Source of the DNA: Botryllus schlosseri
Lineage: Eukaryota
Direction: 5' to 3'
Assembly: GCA_051294905.1 (NCBI GenBank)
Contig: CM119383.1
Span: 21,514,001 to 21,578,000 of the forward strand
DNA: 64,000 bases
Part shown: positions 1 through 13,049 of the stretch, one piece after another
Position numbering within the stretch: the first letter of the stretch is position 1
How the letters are laid out: every line of letters starts with the position of its first letter
Position numbers and translations under genes: made by a program
The notes under the pieces: generated by a model
Databases searched by the model: none
What the model saw: the letters and a program-made list of their open reading frames with translations, nothing else
What the model was told of the DNA's origin: nothing

Positions 1-201
1 TACTCTGTTTAATTAACTTACGAGATACAATATTACACAATAAACTTTACAGCCCTACTAAGGCAGTTTCAGTAGAAACAAAGACATGCACCAGTACTGA
101 GTTGTTTTGAGAGGAATAGTCTCATATTAGACATAGTTGAATAAAATATAGTATTATTATATGAGAATATTGCTGAAGTCATGTCGATGTGTGTCTCTCA
201 C

Positions 202-327
202 CTAAAAGAATCGAAAATATCAGCAGATTTCGATTCCAAACCCAGGGCCGCCGTGTCAGATTCGCCAACTTCCAAGTGTCTTATGCAACCAGTCAACCCT
301 TTGGTCACTCCTGTATGCTTTTCGACC
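202..327 (-). CDS. AGRN: Agrin exon, laminin G1 C-terminal part (VEKHTGVTKGLTGCIRHLEV...)
   Basis: tttgcag acceptor, gtgaga donor, phase 2-2, LamG GCIR motif; preceded by a 55-bp intron. Confidence 0.85.
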
Positions 328-382
328 CTGCAAAGTTTTACTTCAAAATATGATCATCAAAAAACACTGTTAGACATGTTAC

Positions 383-489
383 TTTGCTTGAAACATTGAC
401 GAAAATCCGCCAATAAATAACGGCGTATCAAGATTTACTCCAGTCATGCTTGATGGCGATGTGCCGACAACTTCATTCTCTTCGTCAAC
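383..489 (-). CDS. AGRN: Agrin exon, laminin G1 (VDEENEVVGTSPSSMTGVNLDTPLFIGG...)
   Basis: tttatcag acceptor, gtaaca donor, phase 0-2; typical LamG motif LNLD-x-LF-x-GG. Confidence 0.9.
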
Positions 490-1714
490 CTGATAAACGT
501 AAAAATCAAGTTTTTCAAAACATATTAAACTGATTTTCAATGCTGGTTGTAACAAAGGCCACAGGGACTAGATAGGTTATTCCTTGGATCAAAGTTAAGT
601 CAGAGAGATATTTTAATGACACGAGAATGAGTAGAACGAAAGAAACATACAGATGTTAGTCACATTCATGTGTTGTATGCACAACTATTGCTTTGATGGA
701 AACTAGGAAATTCCATTTCCCAGTGACTGTGGCCATTGCTGCTATCATAAGGTAGAATGATTTCACAGTAGCATTTCAGTTCATGTTACTAGCAATTTTT
801 ATCAGCTCAACACACCACAGAAATGCGTTCCTATGAAACGATAGGAAGGTGTCGCAACGACTTCGAGTGAGTGAGAGAGTGAATGAGCATTCTCGGCTTG
901 CTTGCCTTCAGTAAGCCAGTTCCTGGCTTGAATTTACAGCGCAAGTCAGCTTCAACCTCCAACTGATTTCAATGCTCTATTTTAAGCACACACACACACA
1001 TTGAAAGGAATCAAATAGCTCTAAGTAAATATGTTGATATTCTAATTACAAATCACTAAAAAATCGGTCACACTTCGTATATTGAGTCTGAAGATCACTC
1101 TGTTAATTGTGATTGTTCAGTATCCTCTGAATGCGACTCTCCTGTTTACTATAGCCTCTATTATACTGCCAAGGGTAGGAATCTAACGAAGATTGTTAAA
1201 AAGTCTCAGTAGCGTCTACCTATAACTTTTCCGAAATGAGTCGAGGCGACTATTGAATAGTGTCGTACAACACTTTGCACCATTGTGATGTATGCCAAAA
1301 ATCAGCCACGAACTCTCTCTTACAGCACCACACAGGATAACTTTTTCACATCAATTTGAAATTTGATAATTTCTCTAATTAATGGACAAGCTACCAACTT
1401 CTTGCATTTTTGAATCTAAGGATAAAATTGTAACATACTTGGCGGACCGACAGGAAACTGGCCACGGACCGGCGGTACAGACCCACTGATTTAGTAGATA
1501 AGCAGATCATTGTTTTTGTGAGTAGGTAAAAAATTTGAGATTAGCCGAAGGCTTACTGATATGGGTAAGGCAGATTTGTAATGATCAAGAACCACTTAGG
1601 TAGACAAGGTAGTGTATTATCTACTTCCATACTGATACTGAAGTTATATACCGGTACAAAATATTACTCTATCACATGGCAAATTATATGAACATAATAG
1701 TGACTCCTCCAAAC

Positions 1715-1823
1715 CTTTAACATCCCTTCTCTTCGATTCCTTCTTGATATCAGTCTGTGCCATCTTCCATCGTTTACTCGCACATTGCTTCGCAACGCAA
1801 GTACTCCGGATCCAGTATCGAAT
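1715..1823 (-). CDS. AGRN: Agrin exon, laminin G1 (FDTGSGVLALRSNVRVNDGRWHRL...)
   Basis: ttttaatag acceptor, gtttgg donor, phase 2-0; FDTGSG and DGxWH motifs. Confidence 0.92.
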
Positions 1824-3191
1824 CTATTAAAAGAATAGCATGCAATTATTCACACCTCTTCCTGAAAATGGTGAGAGTCTCGAAATTCCAGCATTTTAGT
1901 CCCGTCGTTTCATTGGCGATGGATGTAGGGGAGATGTGGTACCAATGGATCAAAAATTGCAAAATGATCTCTGGCCCTCAAATCTTCAGCCGAGAATAGC
2001 AGATCTTTTGCTGTCTCAACACTTCGATACAAGCTCTACCTATCGCGGACATTTACATGAATATCCGCCTTTTCAAAAAATATTTATAAACGTTTAAAAT
2101 TTGTTGCTCGAACGTTTCATCGGTCCCCACCCGGTGGGTCCAACGGCACACGACCATGGGACCTATGAGACATACGCTCAAAAACTAAGGTTTATTAACT
2201 TGTTTTGTTGTGTACTATAAGCTAAGCTACAGCAAGCCAATGAAGAATGTTTCGTCGTGACCTTCAAGAATGAAATCGATTATATCAACTGTAATATTAT
2301 CATAAAATCATGTTTTGATATACGTCTAAACTTACAAAATTAATGCCACATATATATTACCCTCAAATCGACATTTTGACTTTCAAATAACTCGTAATAG
2401 CGATAAAACACCTCAGGTACCTATGATTTACAGCCTATATATATATGTAGGCGAGTTTCTGTTGTTAAGTGATTAGTTGGCCCATCTATTTTGCTTGATT
2501 TGGCTATAGTACCATAGGTCCCCCACCCCATAAATATTGTAATTGACTTGAAAATAGTCCACTCGAAGATTGTATTGATTAAAAAAATATGTGCCATTAT
2601 ATACCCTGATACAAGCCCTATACTTCACATCAAAATTTATGGCGGGTTTGTTAGTCTGGAAGGTGATATAGAAAAATGCAAATGTCGATCCAAATTTACT
2701 TTACACCCCCTAAAACGTAAATCATTCGTCACAGACCCCATAACTCACGCACGTCGAATTTTTTTGCATGTGAGGAAAGATTCTGTCAGCATGTCATTGT
2801 AGACAAATTCACGGAGAGTAATCATGGAATTATCATGGAGAATTTTTCAAGTATTTTCGGTCCCAGTGATCCATCGGTACCACATCTCCCCTATTTCAAT
2901 CTATCTATTTTTCGGAAATCCATCGGCTATTCAACAAAAAGATTAAAAAGGGTGAATTATCATTAATGTTGCCATGTAAGAGTATTCTGTGAGTATTTGA
3001 TACTAAATTACATGCCTAAAACAAAAAGTAATAACCAACAGCTGCCTTTCAGACCTAATGGTGAACCAGTTCTAAACTAGTGCTCTAGAACTGGTAATAT
3101 TGATATACTTGACCGCATGGATGATACGGTGGCTAGCTTGAATGTCTTTCTCATATGTCAAAATCTGATGAATGCCATGCGATGCACAAAC

Positions 3192-3384
3192 CTGAACTCC
3201 ACGTATCCGTTAATGATCGCATGCGAAATGAAGTCCCTTCCTGACATCTGCCCGTTGAACAGTAGCAAACCTTCGGCATCGTTGGATTTGAATTGCATAT
3301 CAATTGTTACAGAGCTGTACGCGTTGATGGTGCCGTACTCCAAGTAAGAGTTTCCACCAAATTGAGGCGTTGTCCATGTTCCAT
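3192..3384 (-). CDS. AGRN: Agrin exon, laminin G1 N-terminal part (PQFGGNSYLEY...GLLLFNGQ...DFIS...GYVEFR)
   Basis: gtgtttag acceptor, gtttgt donor, phase 1-2; overlaps ORF 3158..3343. Confidence 0.93.
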
Positions 3385-3450
3385 CTAAACACGGTATAAA
3401 GCGTGCTAATAATAGTGAAAAGTGATTTTTAAGGACGACTCAACATCTAC

Positions 3451-3483
3451 CTTCTGCATACATTGCTGTCGCAGGTAACATTA
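3451..3483 (-). CDS. AGRN: Agrin 33-nt mini-exon linking SEA to LamG1 (VMLPATAMYAE)
   Basis: Very strong poly-T/cag acceptor, AG/gtagat donor, phase 1-1, in frame with both neighbours; followed by a 66-bp intron. Confidence 0.65.
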
Positions 3484-3615
3484 CTGAAAAAAAAAAATTT
3501 CTATGATTGGTTGGCAAGACGATTTTTAGTTGCATGCGGTAATTGTTGTGTGAATGAAAATTAGGAGAGATTGTTCAAATCAGACAGAGAAAGAAGATAT
3601 TGGCATTCATTAGAG

Positions 3616-4427
3616 CAGGGGTCACCAACACGCGGCCCGCAAGGTCATATTTTGCGGCCCGCGACTTGATTTGAGATTTCGGAAGAAAGCTAAGAAAACA
3701 TTTTTAAATACTGAGATACAAATACACGACGCATAGAGAACGGCATAAGGCAGTGGTTCTGAAACTGGGGGGCCACCCCCCTGTGGGGGCGTGGAAGCAT
3801 CTGAAGGGAGCGCGGAATTGCGGTCAACTGAAAAAATTTTCGCGCTCTTTGCGCTTTACCTTGATTTCATAGTTATAGTTTTTGTTCTGTGTATAACCCA
3901 AATTCATATTATAGAATTCTCTCATCAACATTCGTAACCTTCCATGCCTTCAAACTATCCGCTGGGATTGCTAGCATTGTGGATGCATTGTGTGATATGA
4001 CGATAAGGGAGGAGGGGCGGAATTTTTCCGTGTCATAAAGGGGGCATGTCTAAAAAGGTTGGAGGACCACTGGCTTAATACTTCCCCACAAGATCAAGCT
4101 TTACGTGGAGATGGTCTTTCTGCTAATAACGTATCTCGCTAGCCCCCAGAAGCGTTTCCAGGTACCGTGTACAGCTCAGAGTTCAAAATAAAATGATATT
4201 GATGACAGTGATCCTTTGTTGTATCTTTATTCCTTTAATAAAACATCACTTCTTTTGTGGTCACTATACCCGTCGCCTATGTTAGGTAGCACAGCGTTGT
4301 ACTGACGTACAGTCTTAAAACGTGGTTGCCTACTTTATATCGATAGCCTATTGAATTCATGCGGCCCGCGGCCGCTATGAAATTTGAAAAGTGTTTGAGT
4401 TGACATGTTTTGAGTTGGCGACCCCTG
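3616..4427. mobile_element. Non-autonomous hAT-type element (CAGGGGT termini) containing a nested MITE
   Basis: TIRs caggggtcaccaac / gttggcgacccctg; 8-bp flanks cattagag / ccttagag (7/8); gcggcccgc subterminal motifs. Confidence 0.85.
3751..4072. mobile_element. Nested hAT-type MITE (CAGTGGTTC termini)
   Basis: Termini cagtggttct / ggaccactg; interior is the reverse complement of part of the 13930-14256 element; TSD degraded (gcataagg / gcttaata). Confidence 0.75.
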
Positions 4428-6023
4428 CCTTAGAGAGTATGAAATAGGACTGCCTACAAGTTACTACACCAGGACGGCCTTCAAGCTACTACACCATCTA
4501 CATTACACAATTACAAAAAAAAATGCATCGTTCTGATGATGCATAAAACCCATTATTTCGGAATTGACTGCCTATAGATAAGTTAAGAGAGAGAAAGAGT
4601 TTATTTTGTGTCGATTTGAATTATATAAGCGTATAATATGTTTTGAATTTTCTAGCAAAGCTGCACCCGAAATACTGGCTTCCGTTGTTACATTGCCAAG
4701 TAATATGAGATCACACAGCACACAAAGCGTTTAGCAACATACCACAGGGTGGCTACTTACACATGTTTTGGTTGACGTTTGTTTTGATGGCCTCCCAAAC
4801 ATCGGGTCATCCGAATTCTCTTGAACCAATTTGGATGTACTTTGAGATTCAGATCTTTCATTTTTAATCAATTTTTTCAGAGCAATTGCATGCAGGCAAT
4901 GACATGATTCATTAGCGTGTGATATTTTGGCTCAATCAAAAATCTTAGCGAATTCATGTCTTATTGTGGATATGATGGATTGGAAAGAAAAACGTGATAA
5001 AATGAAAATAATGGCATTTCGAAATGGTGCTGGTGCACATAACATAATTTTCATAATCTCACGCAAAAGAAAACTAGATAACTTTCAGATTTTTAGTGTG
5101 CGATATTGAAATTGGCTCGAAAATCTCACAAATGATTGATGTGCAAAAATAAACAAATTTCACAGCACAAATCGGGAAATTTGTATTATGAAACTTGGGA
5201 GGTTACAATTTAGTTTGTCATGTGATATACGCAACACAGGAGTCACTATGTATTGGCAATAATGGTAAGTCATGGTATAATAATATGGTATTTATAATAT
5301 TATATTTATATTTAACAAGGTAAGTTCAGATAATTTTATATTAAGATAGGAAAAAAGTATCGAATTAAATGCTCGATGCAACCAGTAAGATAACACTTCT
5401 ACTTTCAGCATCTATATGCATTACTACTACAGACGTTCTAAAACAAATTGCATCATTTCATGGGCAAAATTTCAACTGCTAATGGGCAGTAACGATCGCA
5501 TTATACTGGTTCTAAAATGACTTGCTCAACGAGCCTACTTTTCAAACAATTCCTTTTCTACTTCATATAACATATATCTTGACTTGGAAGTTAATTCCTC
5601 CGCTCATATTGAAGATAAATTACATATCATCAGTACTATAGTTGACGGTGTTGATCAGCATCACTGTAGATTATCAGCAATGTCATCATGCATCGTCTAC
5701 AGTTAGTATCAGCAACACTATGACATTTTGGTGATTCGATCAGCAATTAATGTGAATCCCACTAGGCTGATTGGACAACATCACAAGGTAATAATCAATT
5801 ACGATTTTGTGATTGCTAAAGGATTTAGTTGCACGTTGATTAAGATGGCAATTATTTTGTTGAGTAGCGATATGTGCATAATCAGGCCTGTTTACACTAC
5901 CACTGCCGCAAATTTTGTAACATAGTTCGAGAAACAAAATGCATCAATGTGTAGGTAGATATTATATTCCAAGCATGGATTCCTAACAAGTTCATGAGTT
6001 GAAAGAGCATTCCAGGTTATATC

Positions 6024-6510
6024 TAGGGTTGGGCTTAATGATTCGAGTACTCAAATCTGAATCGAGTATTATTTTTATTAAAAAATGAGATATGATTTTT
6101 CTCTAGTACTGAAATTGTAAACTTCCTGACACTAAGAGTAAATTCATCAACGAAAATTATAGATTCGGTACTATCTGTCACTGTGGAAGGCTATCAACGT
6201 CGATTTGTCGTATAATAGCATCAACAACAAGTAAGCCTAGTGCCTAGTACAAAGCTACAGACATTAGTGGACATAACATAAGTATGAAGTCGTGATCAAA
6301 CCGCAGCATTGTCGCAAAGTACAAGGAAATAGGTATGGTCGAAAAAATACCAAATGAACTTTAATGTGATGTGCATTATAGACTTGGTATTATATTCTTT
6401 GTGTCCGGATAAAACAAACACATTTTAACTTTCCACGTCAGTGATACTGTTGAGGCCAAATAGTCGATTCAGAATCAAATCACTCAGGTATTCGATTTTG
6501 CCCAAGCCTA
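6024..6510. mobile_element. hAT-type MITE (TAGGG(C/T)TGGGC family)
   Basis: TIRs tagggttgggc / gcccaagccta; perfect 8-bp TSD gttatatc; same family as 41636-42119. Confidence 0.88.
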
Positions 6511-7939
6511 GTTATATCCAGAATGCTACATGAAGCATGACACATAGGTATAATGATGGTGTAAACAGGCCTGAAATCGTGTTTGCAGTGAGAGCATGCC
6601 AGCACTAACAACTCACTTGGGAGTAAATGGAACAATACCAATGTGAAGAAGTTTTCAACTCATCATATTTCTTTCCGCTATTGCTGTTGAGTCTACACGC
6701 ACGGCAAATTCGTGATATTGCCATAAATGCAGATGATACATAGCATCAAAGGGAGTTCTAGTGTATTTGTCTCAGAAGAACAAATACAGCACCGGTCACC
6801 AGATCTTGCATTACAGATATTACAAGTAAGCTACTTCTACATAGGCTCACTTGTGGTGTCATAAAAAACAAGTGCACCGTTTAGAGCAGGTTAATGATGG
6901 TTAATGGAACATCTCTACCTTCTAATGTAATTTCAAATAAAAACTATTTCCATGTGACCGGAGAGTTGACTACCTACGGTCCCTTCTTGACCCTGCCGAC
7001 AACTGGTTCAATATCAGTATCGGATTGGCAATTAGCGGTATAAAAAAAAGGGTAAAATAATATCACCAATTCATGACGTCATAGCCATTATTTCGAAGAT
7101 GGAGAACTATAATCTGTTAGACTGGGAAGATTGATCTATTTCTAATAGCTTACAGGCGTCCAGTTGTAGCCATTCCAGTTTATTACAAGTTCCAACATAG
7201 CAATCGCTGTAACGCTGTGCAAATAAGTGCTCTGAAGTCGTGGAAATGCGCCTTAAGCTAGATGCCATATCTTTTGAATATCAGCTGGATATATCTGGGT
7301 TATCAGTGAAGTTGCTAGTCATCGGTTTTATTGGTATCAGCTCAAAAATCCCATATCAGTCGGATATTAGTCACTAATACGATTCCAAAATCATTGTACC
7401 CCAAGCCCAATGTAGCCAATGCTTACAACCCCCACTTCAGTTGCAATGAGGAATGAACCATTTTTATTCTCACTATCGTCATTGTCTGATAAAATCGATA
7501 CATGACTAACGAAAATCCACAGCCGCTCCAATGAAATAAAACTAAAATCAAGAATTCGTACAAAAATCGGAGCTACGGAAGTGTACATGTTTAAAAAGTA
7601 ATATTCAGCACTGAAAGAACTCGGCAAGTACAATTCACCATAAAAAGGGTTACAACATGCAACCTATTCGATTCGCTAGACTGTAAAACGTCATCTTATA
7701 ATTTCAGTATGAATATCGCACGGTGGCGCAATTTCTTGACAAAACTCAACACTACTATAAAGCAATAAAGAACACTGATATCGACACCGACAAAGACATT
7801 CACCAACAGTGAAATAGGCCTACTGCCTTGCGCCAGAATTTGGTGGGATGGAAAACAGAGACGTAAGACTATGCAGAAAGTTAGCAAGCTCTGCACGAAG
7901 TGTTTTTGAACTATCTTGTTAGTGTGCTAGTTCTGATAC

Positions 7940-8144
7940 CTTCTCCGGTGATATTGAATACTTCTTGGTCTTGTAGTCTGCCGTTGACGAATTTTGTGAT
8001 GCGTGCAATCGATGACTTTGTGGATATGTCGATTTGAAATCTTGCGAAAATGGTGCCATCGTCACGAGGAGATACAACAACGTTCTTCAACGATTCCAAA
8101 TCGACACCATCGCTGTTTGGTATTTCCTCTATGATCAACTCCAA
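7940..8144 (-). CDS. AGRN: Agrin exon, canonical SEA domain C-terminal part (LELIIEEIP...PRDDGTIFARFQIDIS...)
   Basis: tttttcttcag acceptor, gtatca donor, phase 0-1; within ORF 7911..8237; SEA-like pattern at the position expected for agrin. Confidence 0.8.
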
Positions 8145-9041
8145 CTGAAGAAAAATGGTGAGGCTCAAATGGCGATATTTTGAAGTTGAGCCATACGCCA
8201 TAATTACCCACACATTAGATATAGACAATTTTCGCAAGACATTCTTGGGTAGAATTCATATAACATATCACAAAGCAATGGCTGCTACATAGTGCTACAT
8301 TAAAGTTGGTGCATGGTGCACAATGGTCGATACTCATGTACCAAGGTAGCCAAAGCAGTCAGTATTGGTGCATGAGGAGTAGGCCGTGAATTTCTACTCA
8401 CTTACAGGTAGAAGTAGTTCTCTTTTCAAGACATGAAAGTATGCAAAGTACTCGAGGAAGTAGTTTCAAAAAGATGTTATTAAGGAATAATATACTTTAT
8501 TGGGGTAATTAATGACACTACGCAAAGGCACAATTTCTGAAATACTGTCCAAGTAAGATGTGCAGGTTGAATGAATCAGCTGTTGCTACTTCCTACATTT
8601 GAGATCTAGTTCCATCCTCCGAATTCAAATATACGTTTAAGATTAGAGTCACCTATGCAAGTAGTTTTTGGTACCTAACCTATCAATCCACAGTGTACCT
8701 GTTCACCCTCCTGGTTGGTCAGTAGTGCATAGATTTTGTATATTATTACATCTATTTATAGACCCATATTTACACTGGCTTACCGATTGTGACTGTTATT
8801 AAGTGGACATGTGCTATAGCATTTCACCTATCTCTAACAAACATCACTATTCTGACTTACTAACTACTTTAAACCAATTAGCGAACGTTTAGGACAGTGG
8901 GCCTAGTGAAAAGAATCCAAGCAGCTGAATCCGTAGCTTTTAAATTGAATTGGAGAATTCCCACAAACTCTTGGAATAGAGTTGGATGCTTAATCAGTGT
9001 TTATCCTATTACTACTAGGAATGCATGTAAAGAATAGTTGC

Positions 9042-9172
9042 CTTTTCAATAATAGACGATCTGCATTGAGCCATCATTTCCACGTCTGAATTGAGCATTT
9101 GCTGGGAACACACGAGTTCCAAGTCCCCAGTAGTTGACAATGTCAATTCAGCCCAGTATGTCTTGAGATCGC
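9042..9172 (-). CDS. AGRN: Agrin exon, canonical SEA domain N-terminal part (GDLKTYWAELTL...AQCRSSIIEK)
   Basis: cattacag acceptor; open frame; ends at AAG/gcaact (GC donor), phase 1-0, matching the next exon. Confidence 0.72.
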
Positions 9173-9833
9173 CTGTAATGTTAGAACAAGTTTACACCTC
9201 ACTAATCAATTATGAAACGATCATAACAAATCGTGAACGTGAACGTATTTAAGTTCATTTCATTGCATATGAAGAGCTTCTTAGAGGTACAGGACTTGAA
9301 TACATAATTGAAAATTATAATCGTATTGAAATGAGCCCGAATATGTTCAGCTGACACTCGTCAGGGGTAATCGTCAGCAACTAGCAGAGAATTGGAAAGA
9401 ACATTGTATATCAACAGCCGTATCATCAAGTATTGCGTATGAGTGGAGAATTTCAGTATGATAACTATGTTCAAAGCATCATTGATGTACTGAATGTACT
9501 GTATATACCCCAGTTATTTAACTATTGGGTCTAAATACAGCTTTGAGCAATCTCCAAGTAAAATTGATTTCTGTATCTGGTTATTGTTCGAAATGAGCAT
9601 ATAATACATTCAAATACAGTACCCTACAACATAGTGACAATCATGCTACAAAGATCAATATACAGTGAATCATTTTAACAGTCAGTATCATAATCAGGCA
9701 ACATACACACACAAAACATTCGTGCACCATCCCAGACCTTCACTGGTAGACCAGGAGTTGCGTATATGTGCGGCATGTGAAGAAGTAATATAGTCGTAGT
9801 GTTAATATGACGAAAATGTAAACTGCAACATAC

Positions 9834-9864
9834 CTGCACCCAACATGCCGTCCATTGGTTCGTC
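9834..9864 (-). CDS. AGRN: Agrin 31-nt mini-exon (DEPMDGMLGA)
   Basis: tttctcag acceptor, CAG/gtatgt donor; supplies the required phase 0 to 1 bridge between exons 11401 and 9172. Confidence 0.7.
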
Positions 9865-11400
9865 CTGAGAAACAATGCGAAACTTAAAATTATAGTCAAC
9901 ATCTGCATATTAGAGAACCATTGATGATTCCTCCCATGCCAACTGATGGCAATGTTTTTCATGATTATTTTATGGCAAAAGACCGATAGCACTAAAAATT
10001 GGACAGATCATAATATCCAAATTAGTGTGTGTCAGCCAAGCATATTCAGAGTTGAAATAGTCGTAGTAGTTTTAAAAATGCAGTGTCTATATTTCTAACA
10101 TTTGTCAATATCTTGTCTCATATTCAACAATTACAAACTGGTTTCATTTTCGTCATATACCGTATCATTTTTGAGGTCGATCTGTGACACTGCACCTCGA
10201 CACCTACTGTGACACGACATTATACCACAAAACAGGTTTTAGACATTCCCAGCCCCTTTTATTGAGAATTATGTAAGCCAAGAGTACAGAAACATCTCTA
10301 TGACAAAACACTGGAGAAAACAAAGCTGTGTCATATCAAAAATCATGAAGATCCCCTTTGACTTATTTGTTATAGAAAATCAATTGAAGCATGAAGTAGG
10401 CTGCCAAACATTGTATAGTTTCATACAGTTACTGCAGTCAAAATCGAGTTGTTGGTGGTTTTAAGAGGACTCTTGTTTGCAAAAACTTCAATAATATAGA
10501 ACCACATAGACAAGTGTAATATCATCAAATTTCTCCTTGAATTAAGATTACAAATAGTTGTTTACAATTGAATACTTTTGTTGTAATTACTGAATTTTGG
10601 GTTGAGTTTGATTTTGTAAGTTCACAGGTGTGCAAAATTTGTTATGAAATTTACAGTTCCACAAGTTGAAAATGTCGAGACCCACTGGCACACAACATAC
10701 TCCCTCAGCCTGATGACCGTAATTTGCTTGGCATGTGGTGAGTTTGTGGCTCTACCTGGAGATTGATCTCATATGGGCTCACTACCTGACAATGGATACG
10801 TTGCATGCCAGTAAAGAACAAAATTAGTGGCCCCCCTGCTTTACCAGGTTCCATCTCAAACTGCTATTGAAACGGGGGTTCTTAACCTAGGGTCCATGAA
10901 CTCCTTAAGGTTCCATTAAAGGCTAGCGTTGAAACTGCAGCTATAAAACTACATTGTGCTTTATAATATCTCTCCTTATTTTTGAGTTAGGTCCTTATTA
11001 TGAATAATAGATGACCTTTTATTACTCATGAGGTAGCTTTTCAAGTAACAATCGGGCCAGGTGGCACTACATGAAGCCGTGAATAGGATTTTGCAAAAGT
11101 GATGACCTCTGTTTTTAGTCCTTAGGTTCCCAAACTTGAAGTTTCAAGGTCCGCGCTAGCAGCCAAACAATTTTAGGGGGCAGAGGTGGAAAAAGCTAAG
11201 AAGCACTATACTAAATGCAGAATTCATAATAACAACATTGAATAAATTGCGTCATAATTATAATAGAATTGGGATGGTTCAGTTTTCCTTGTTTTTGGAT
11301 CATTTTGAAAGCATCTCCGAGCGCGACAGATGATATTGAAGAATAAAAACCATTACAAGTATAATATAACATAGTTTAATCTTGAAAATCTGTTTCTTAC

Positions 11401-11477
11401 CTCTCCTGATCCATCGGTTAATCCGTCTTCATCGTCATAGGTTGTGTTGCGTGAATCTTCAGAATGCCCACTTCCTT
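11401..11477 (-). CDS. AGRN: Agrin exon, acidic Ser-Gly GAG-attachment segment (EGSGHSED...DDEDGLTDGSGE)
   Basis: gtttcag acceptor, GAG/gtaaga donor, phase 1-0; two SG dipeptides in acidic context. Confidence 0.85.
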
Positions 11478-12833
11478 CTGAAACCGTAGTCACATAAAAC
11501 CTTCCACTTGTCTAAGATTCTGCCTACTTGTATTACTGAACCATGTTTGTATGTTTTTAAACTACTTCCACGTCTACTTTACAGTTTTTAGGAAGATTTT
11601 AAGCACTTTTTCTAGTAAATTTGTGATAAGAACGAGTGGAATATCCCCTGCGTCACGGTAACAGAATATACTTTCCAAGATCGCACATATTTGTGGGGTC
11701 TTTATTTTATCAAGTTCATATTGCGCTTCCCAATCCATCACTTCCCATTAATGGCTTGAAATATGCGAAGCCTCAAGGAAATCTACATTTCGAAACCACT
11801 TGCCCGATTACTTTACATATCTTGACTTTCTACTTTCATTTCAAGTGGTTTTCAAACGCCTTGAAATCGCTACTTTTATAACTTGGAATTGTGAAAATGT
11901 ATGCAACCCCTAGACCACATCTACTTTTGAAGCAACTTACTTGAGTATTCCTCCTTGATACTGTTGCAGGAAATAATACGTAATGATGTGCATGAAAAGT
12001 TTGTACAACATCAATTAATAAATCTTTATGGCATCTCCCAAACCGCTAATTACTTTAATCAGTTGATACCAGTTTTGAGAGTGGAGAGGTTTTACTGGGG
12101 TAAGCCTATTCAAGAAACACAACTCTAACCTTTGACATGTTTTAACTGTAAGACAATCCATTGGCAAATTCAACATTTTTTGCCACAAAGGTTAATTACT
12201 AATGCTGTCTCAGAAAGCTACAAGGCTATAGGATTTTGGCTGGCTGGTTACGATCGTGTTTGTAGCCTGTATGGATATAAAATTATATTACGGTACCGCT
12301 AATGCCGCAAACTACTCAGTCAAATAATCAAGTTATCCAAAGGTATAGTAAAATAAGACTAAACCAGTTTTTAAAAATAAAAACTAAATTTCTTGCAACA
12401 AAAATTTTAGCCGTGCAATCTTCTGTGGATTGTGTGGAAACGGTGTATTCCTAGTATCGCTTAACGCGGTATCAGACTGTCCGGATGCTTTTCTAGGGGT
12501 GTACAATATGCGGGTGCGAGACTATTAGATACAAGTATTTCGGAGAAGACCCTTTCCGTGCCAGTAAACTTGAAGATACGAAGTTTTCACCAACATGCGG
12601 CTGCTCGAAGTGCAGTGCCGAAAAAATAGGCGGCAATAGAACCTGGGCCCATAATGTCCGTCGCTGGTCAGTCAAAACCTTCAATATTGATATGTTTTTC
12701 GATTTGAAATCGCGTGCGTCAGACATGTTTTTGAGAAACGTGTTGCGTACATCTGGTTTAACATTTTTTAATTAATATGGCCATAAAAACGTAGTATATT
12801 AACAAGAGTTTTAGATATAATAAAGGTACTCAC

Positions 12834-13049
12834 CAAGACCTTCACTGTCGTCAAAGGTGGTTGTGTCAAAATTTGAGGTGGTGGTCTTCGTTGATTTTGA
12901 TTCGGTAACTGTTTCTGTGATGGGCGTAGTCGTTAACGTAGCGGTGCTTGCTGTAATTCTTGTTAAGACAGTGGAAGTTGAAGACATTGTTGTGGATGCT
13001 GTGGTGGGAGTCACTGTCGGAGCCAAGGTTGGCAGTGAGCTGAAGTAGC
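12834..13049 (-). CDS. AGRN: Agrin exon, Ser/Thr-rich mucin-like region
   Basis: ttttgcaag acceptor, gtgagt donor, phase 1-1; Thr-rich ORF 12811..13146. Confidence 0.9.

Noticed and set aside
4757-4935. Open minus-strand frame ending ...SKQTSTKTC at a perfect gtaagt donor; candidate second Ser/Thr exon
   Set aside because: Weak acceptor, and it ends in phase 0 with no phase 0-1 partner exon before 3483, so it cannot join the agrin frame.
10700-10790. Possible exon with cag acceptors and a gtatgt donor between the GAG and SEA exons
   Set aside because: No frame fits the required phase 0 to 1 without a stop; the 31-nt exon at 9834-9864 fits.
12493-12726. 77-aa minus-strand ORF next to the Thr-rich exon
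   Set aside because: No splice signals fitting the gene and no recognisable domain.
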